From Octopus vulgaris (taxonomy: Eukaryota), in assembly GCA_951406725.2 (NCBI GenBank), contig OX597842.1, forward strand, positions 28,954,001-29,018,000: a stretch of DNA of 64,000 nt. The letters run 5' to 3'. Shown in pieces: positions 59,020 to 64,000 of this stretch. The notes beneath the pieces were generated by a model that worked only from the letters and a program-made list of their open reading frames with translations, ran no database searches and was not told the DNA's origin. The translations under genes and the position numbers were made by a program. The number at the start of each line of letters is the position of its first letter. Position 1 is the stretch's first letter.

Positions 59020-59900
59020 AGACTTTTGGTATTACTGTCAATATCAAGAAAACTGAGCTTCTGTATATTTTGATGGAAAAGCATTAAAAACTGTTTCCCC
59101 TTTCACTCGTCTTCGATCCATCGTGTCCAAGGATGCGAAAAGTGATCAAGAAATCGATTCGAGAATCGGGAAATCACAGGCCATGAAACAACCACAAAGT
59201 ATCATAAAAGATGAAAGTTAATGTAAGACGGTTGTCTTGACAACATTGCCTTATGGTGCTGAATCTTGGACTTTGTACCAAAAGCACATCAACCAGCTTG
59301 ACGCATTTCATATGCGATGCGTGCGTACTACCTCCAACATGAAACCGAGCAACCATATTCCTAACAGTGAGGTACGATCAGAATGCAACATATCAGGTAT
59401 TAAAGTCGTCCTCATCAAAATACAGTTTAGATAGTCAGGTCATCTCTCACGAATTCTGAAGCAACTTCTCTTTGGCCAATTCCTGTCAGGAAGGTCAGTT
59501 GGAAGGCCATTCCTGCGCTTCAAAGACAAACTAAAAGACAATCTGATACGATGCAATGTTCCATTTTCTTCCTGGGAAACCAAAGCACCAGATCGCAAGG
59601 ACCTAGCACTTGTCCTGCTTCTTCTAAGGTTTGAGTAACATCGACTCCAACACCAGGAACAACTTCGTGCAAGTATGAAGGTACGCTGGCAAAATACTGC
59701 TCCTCTCAATAGAAATCTTAGCGTCCTTGTGGTTTTGTGGCACGAAGCAAATCAAGCTTTATTGTCCACTCGAGAAAACATATAGTAAAGGACCCAGAAG
59801 CACAGAAAAAAAGTGAGCACTCAACTTGTTTTATTTGCCAAAAGATTTGCAAGGCACCAGGGGGCATCAAGAGACACCACATTCGGGCCCAGAGAACATG
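59020..59900 (+). mobile_element. Degenerate RTE-group LINE C-terminal fragment
   Basis: NIKKTE, LPYGAESWTLYQKHINQLDAFHMRCVR, GRPFLRFKDKLKDNL and a C2H2-like CFICQKIC...KRHH. Confidence 0.75.
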
Positions 59901-59954
59901 GTTAACGCTTTATTTTACTGAACCTCCATTTGTCGTTCACGACAAGATATCTTG

Positions 59955-60010
59955 TGTGTATGTATTTATATATATATATCTATAGATATATATATGTATG
60001 TATATATGTT

Positions 60011-60096
<86 letters not shown>

Positions 60097-60445
60097 TATA
60101 TATACATACATATATACATAAATACATATATACATACATATATATATATATATATGTATGTATGTATGTATATATATATACATGTACATATATATACATG
60201 TATGTATATATATATACATACATACATACATATATATATATATATATGTATGTATATATGTATGTATGTATGTATGTATACATATATATATATATATCAC
60301 AGACACACGCACACTTACTTGCGCAAACACGCGCACGCATACACATGCACACATACACACGCGCTCGAAGACACCAGTGGCGCGCGCACGCACACGCACG
60401 CACACACACACACACGCACACACACACACGCACGCACACACATAT
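59955..60445. repeat. Compound (TA)n/(TATG)n/(CA)n microsatellite field
   Basis: Direct reading; similar fields at about 52170-52445, 56500-57010, 57475-57605, 61980-62295. Confidence 0.9.
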
Positions 60446-61308
60446 ATTTCCATATCTGTGACTTGTGTTTGTCCCAAGTCAACGCTTCATTTTCGGTTTT
60501 GGCTGTTTACGTCATCGTAACTTAGCAATTCGACAAAAGGAGAACGAGGGAATGAGTAGCAGTCTGAAGAGAGACAAGCCCAGCCGTCGATGAGTGTGAG
60601 TAAACACGTTGATGTGGTGCTCCAGCATGGCGGCTGTCCAAGAATCGAAACTAGTAAACGTCGGACGATAAAATCTATTTTGTAGGTAAATGGTGTCAAG
60701 GGAGAGAACTCTTAAATATAAGCTACACATACTTGAGAGTAGTCTCCCTTAACAGGTCGACGTTAGAAAATGGCTGTCAAGCGGCATTGTTCAAGTGAGC
60801 TAACTCCCGTACAATATATTTGTGAGTAGTCTCCCTTAACACCAAATTTTTATGCCGGCGTTATAGTGCACAGGGTGGGAGACGGAGATAGAGACAGACA
60901 GACAGACAAACAATCGGACAGACACGTAAATCGGTGAATGAAGGATAGACACATATTCTGTGTCATTCCATAAATTATGCGGGGTTTTTTAAAAATTTAT
61001 TTTTCAAAATTAAGATAGGCAGTGTTTTTTTCTGTCTAAAGTTTTCTCCATATATATATATATATATATGTGTGTATATATATATATGTATATATGTGTG
61101 TGTGTATATATATTTATATATATATACATATATTTCATTTCATTCCATCTAATTTCAGCTCATGAGCTGTGGCCATGCTGGGGCACCGCCATTTAAAAAT
61201 TTGTCAACAACCAGTCATTGGAACTGAACCGAGATCCCTTGAAGATGTATATATATATGTATGTATATATATATATATATATATATGCATACATACATAC
61301 ATTCATAT

Positions 61309-61351
<43 letters not shown>

Positions 61352-61402
61352 TATACAAAATTTACTTGGAAGAGGATGCGTGACGTATGTTGTGTGTGTG
61401 TG

Positions 61403-61433
<31 letters not shown>

Positions 61434-61975
61434 GTATTATGTATGAATATAGGGCGGTAGGGAGGTATATACAGTAATGCCTCGATATACAAGTTAATTT
61501 GTTCCCAGAGATCGCTCGTAAAGTGAAAACTCGCGAAACGGTGCAATAATTTCCCATAATGGCAACAAATATTTTATCAATAAAATTTATATTACTCGAA
61601 AATAAATGACAATAAAACAACAGCAGAATGTAAAGAATATTTTATGTAAAGTAAAAAGAATGTTGAGATCATTTATAATAAGAAGTATTATTATTAGAAT
61701 TGTTTTCTGAATCACTGTCACTCGCATTAGACTCACGCACACCATCACTTGAAAATGTGATCACCGATTCACAAGCACTCGTAGACGGACTTGTAGATTT
61801 CTTTTTAAAACACAAGTCTAGAATTGTTTGCTTAGAATTCTCTTTTTCTTTTCACTCTCTATAAATTTCTTGGTAACACACACAAGCATTTGTTACGGTA
61901 GAGGTCTCGAAATTTAAGTGCATTTTCAGCAACACATTTTCCTATATATTTCTTTTCCACTCCCTCTTCTGCTGC

Positions 61976-62040
<65 letters not shown>

Positions 62041-62081
62041 ATGTACGTACGTACGAATGTATGTGTGTATGTATGTATGTA

Positions 62082-62114
<33 letters not shown>

Positions 62115-64000
62115 GTGTGTATGTATGTATGTGTGTGTATATGTATGTATGTATTTGTGTATGTATGTATGCATGTATGTATGTACATATGTATGTATGT
62201 GTGTATATATGTATGTATGTATGTGTGTGTATATGTATGTGTTTGTGTATGTATGTATGTATGTATGTATGTATGTATGTATGTATGTATGTATATTCTT
62301 TTATTCTTTTATTTGTTTCAGTCCTTTAATTGCGGCCATGCTGAAGCATCGCCTTTATTCAAACAAATCGACCCAGGACTTATTCTTTTGCCGAACCGCT
62401 AAGTTATGGAGACATAAACATGCTAACATCGGTGTCAGTTCTCACAGGTTGTACGGTGTACACACATACACATACCACATCCACACACACATATGTGTGT
62501 ATGTGTGTGCGTGGCCCTTCCTAATGTCAACCACTCTACAGTGTACTGGGTGCTTTTTATGTAGCTCCAGCACCAGTGATTTTTACCTGGTACCAACACC
62601 AATGGTTTTTTTATGTGGTACCAAGGTTTTAGGATATTAATTCTGTGGAGGTGGGCAGGTCATCTTGACTACAGCAATGTACCACATATTTCTGTCTTTT
62701 ATTATCTCCTTCCGGAAGGCGGCATGCTGGCAGAATCGTTAGCACGCCGGGCGAAATGCTTAGCGGTATATTCGTCTGCCGTTACATTGTGAGTTCAAAT
62801 TCCACCGAGGTCGACTTTGCCTTTCATCCTTTCGGGGTTGATTAAATAAGTACCAGTTATGCACTGGGGTCGATATAATCGACTTAATCCCTTTGTCTGT
62901 CTTTGTTTGTCCCCTCTATGTTTAACCCCTTGTGGACAATAAAGAAATAAGAAGAGTGAAATGTGTTTCTTTTGACATTCACAACAACAACTAACATATT
63001 TTGCATCTGGTTCTCCCCTGATATATTGGGAACAAATATGCAAATATTTGTAGTGTCTAATTTTACATCCACTACATCGAATGTGTGTCATCTACCAAAT
63101 CCACTCACAAGGCTTTCATGAAACCAAGACTATAGTGAAAGTCACACACCTAAGGTGACATGCAGTGAGATGGAACCCAGAACCATGTGGTTGGGAAGAA
63201 GGCTTCTTATGACACAGACTACCTTCATTATTCTACAGTTTTGTTACAAGTAATCCCTGAAATCAATGTATGTTCATACCAGAGAGAAGCTGTATCATGT
63301 TCATATCTGTGGTAAATAATTCTGTTAAAATAGTCACTTGACTAATGGCTTCAGACAAGAGAGAAGCCATAACATTACAATATCTGTTGTAATTTATTTT
63401 CTGTAAATGGTGTTTTAATTATACATGAATATGTTCATACCAGAGAGAAGCTATGTCACGGTTATATTTGTGGTAAATCATTCTCTCGTAGACCTAACTT
63501 AACTGTATGTCAATGCATTCCTTCAGGAGAGAAGCCATGTCAGTGTGACATCATCATCATCGTCATCGTTTAACATCCGTTATCCATGCTGGCATGGGTT
63601 GGACGGCTCGACTAGGGTCTGGGAAGCCAGGAGGCTGCACCAGGCTCCAGTCCGATCTGGCAGTTTCTACAGCTGGATGCCCTTCCTAATGCCAACCACT
63701 CCATGAGTGTAGTGGGTGCTTTTTACGTGCCACCAACAGAGGAGGCTGGTAATGGCCACGATCGGTTGGTGCTTTTCACTTGACACTGACACAGAATCCA
63801 GTCAAGGCGGTGCTGTCATCAGCCACATTCGGATGGTGCTTTTTATGTGCCACTGGCATGGGTATCACGACTACAATTTCCATTTGATTTTCATTTTGAT
63901 GTTGATGTACTTGACTCAGTAGGTCTTCTCAAGCACAGCATGTTGCCCTACGATCCAAGGTACTTTTGAGTGAGCTGGGGCTGGTTCTGTAAAACTGGTG

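Noticed and set aside
59930-62640. Long [12 protein letters not shown] ORFs here and at 4.6, 6.7-8.0 and 52-57 kb
   Set aside because: Translations of dinucleotide and tetranucleotide microsatellites.

Overview
Eukaryotic (metazoan) genomic DNA. The AT-rich, microsatellite-dense background and the SINE/RTE repeat families look like an octopus (cephalopod) genome; this is an inference from repeat recognition, not proof. One protein-coding gene dominates: a + strand MCM3AP/GANP (SAC3/GANP family, TREX-2 scaffold) orthologue. I traced 21 coding exons by hand from the open left edge (position 2) to a TAA stop at 50791-50793. All have GT-AG introns with consistent phases, and the total is 6819 nt (about 2272 aa, 5'-truncated by the window). 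Introns and the downstream region are packed with tRNA-derived SINEs, 5'-truncated RTE and CR1 LINEs, Tc1/mariner remnants, MITEs, a non-autonomous Helitron, minisatellites and microsatellites. Most short ORFs in the track are repeat artefacts. The most interesting unexplained signal is a set of type I hammerhead-ribozyme motifs with palindromic stem III, the form associated with Penelope-like elements and retrozymes. Two are intact, in opposite orientation, at 54711-54802 (+) and 55404-55494 (-), inside a 585-nt partially tandem/inverted unit embedded in (TA)n. A Penelope-like GIY-YIG remnant (47040-47504) is bracketed by inverted terminal repeats carrying a tRNA-like head plus a degenerate hammerhead. 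Further hammerhead-derived foldbacks or variants lie at about 36.0, 42.7 and 45.8 kb. A roughly 1-kb DNA palindrome (53375-54355) and a 14-copy 121-bp intronic array that repeats the branch-point motif are also notable. All coordinates were counted by eye; repeat boundaries are approximate.
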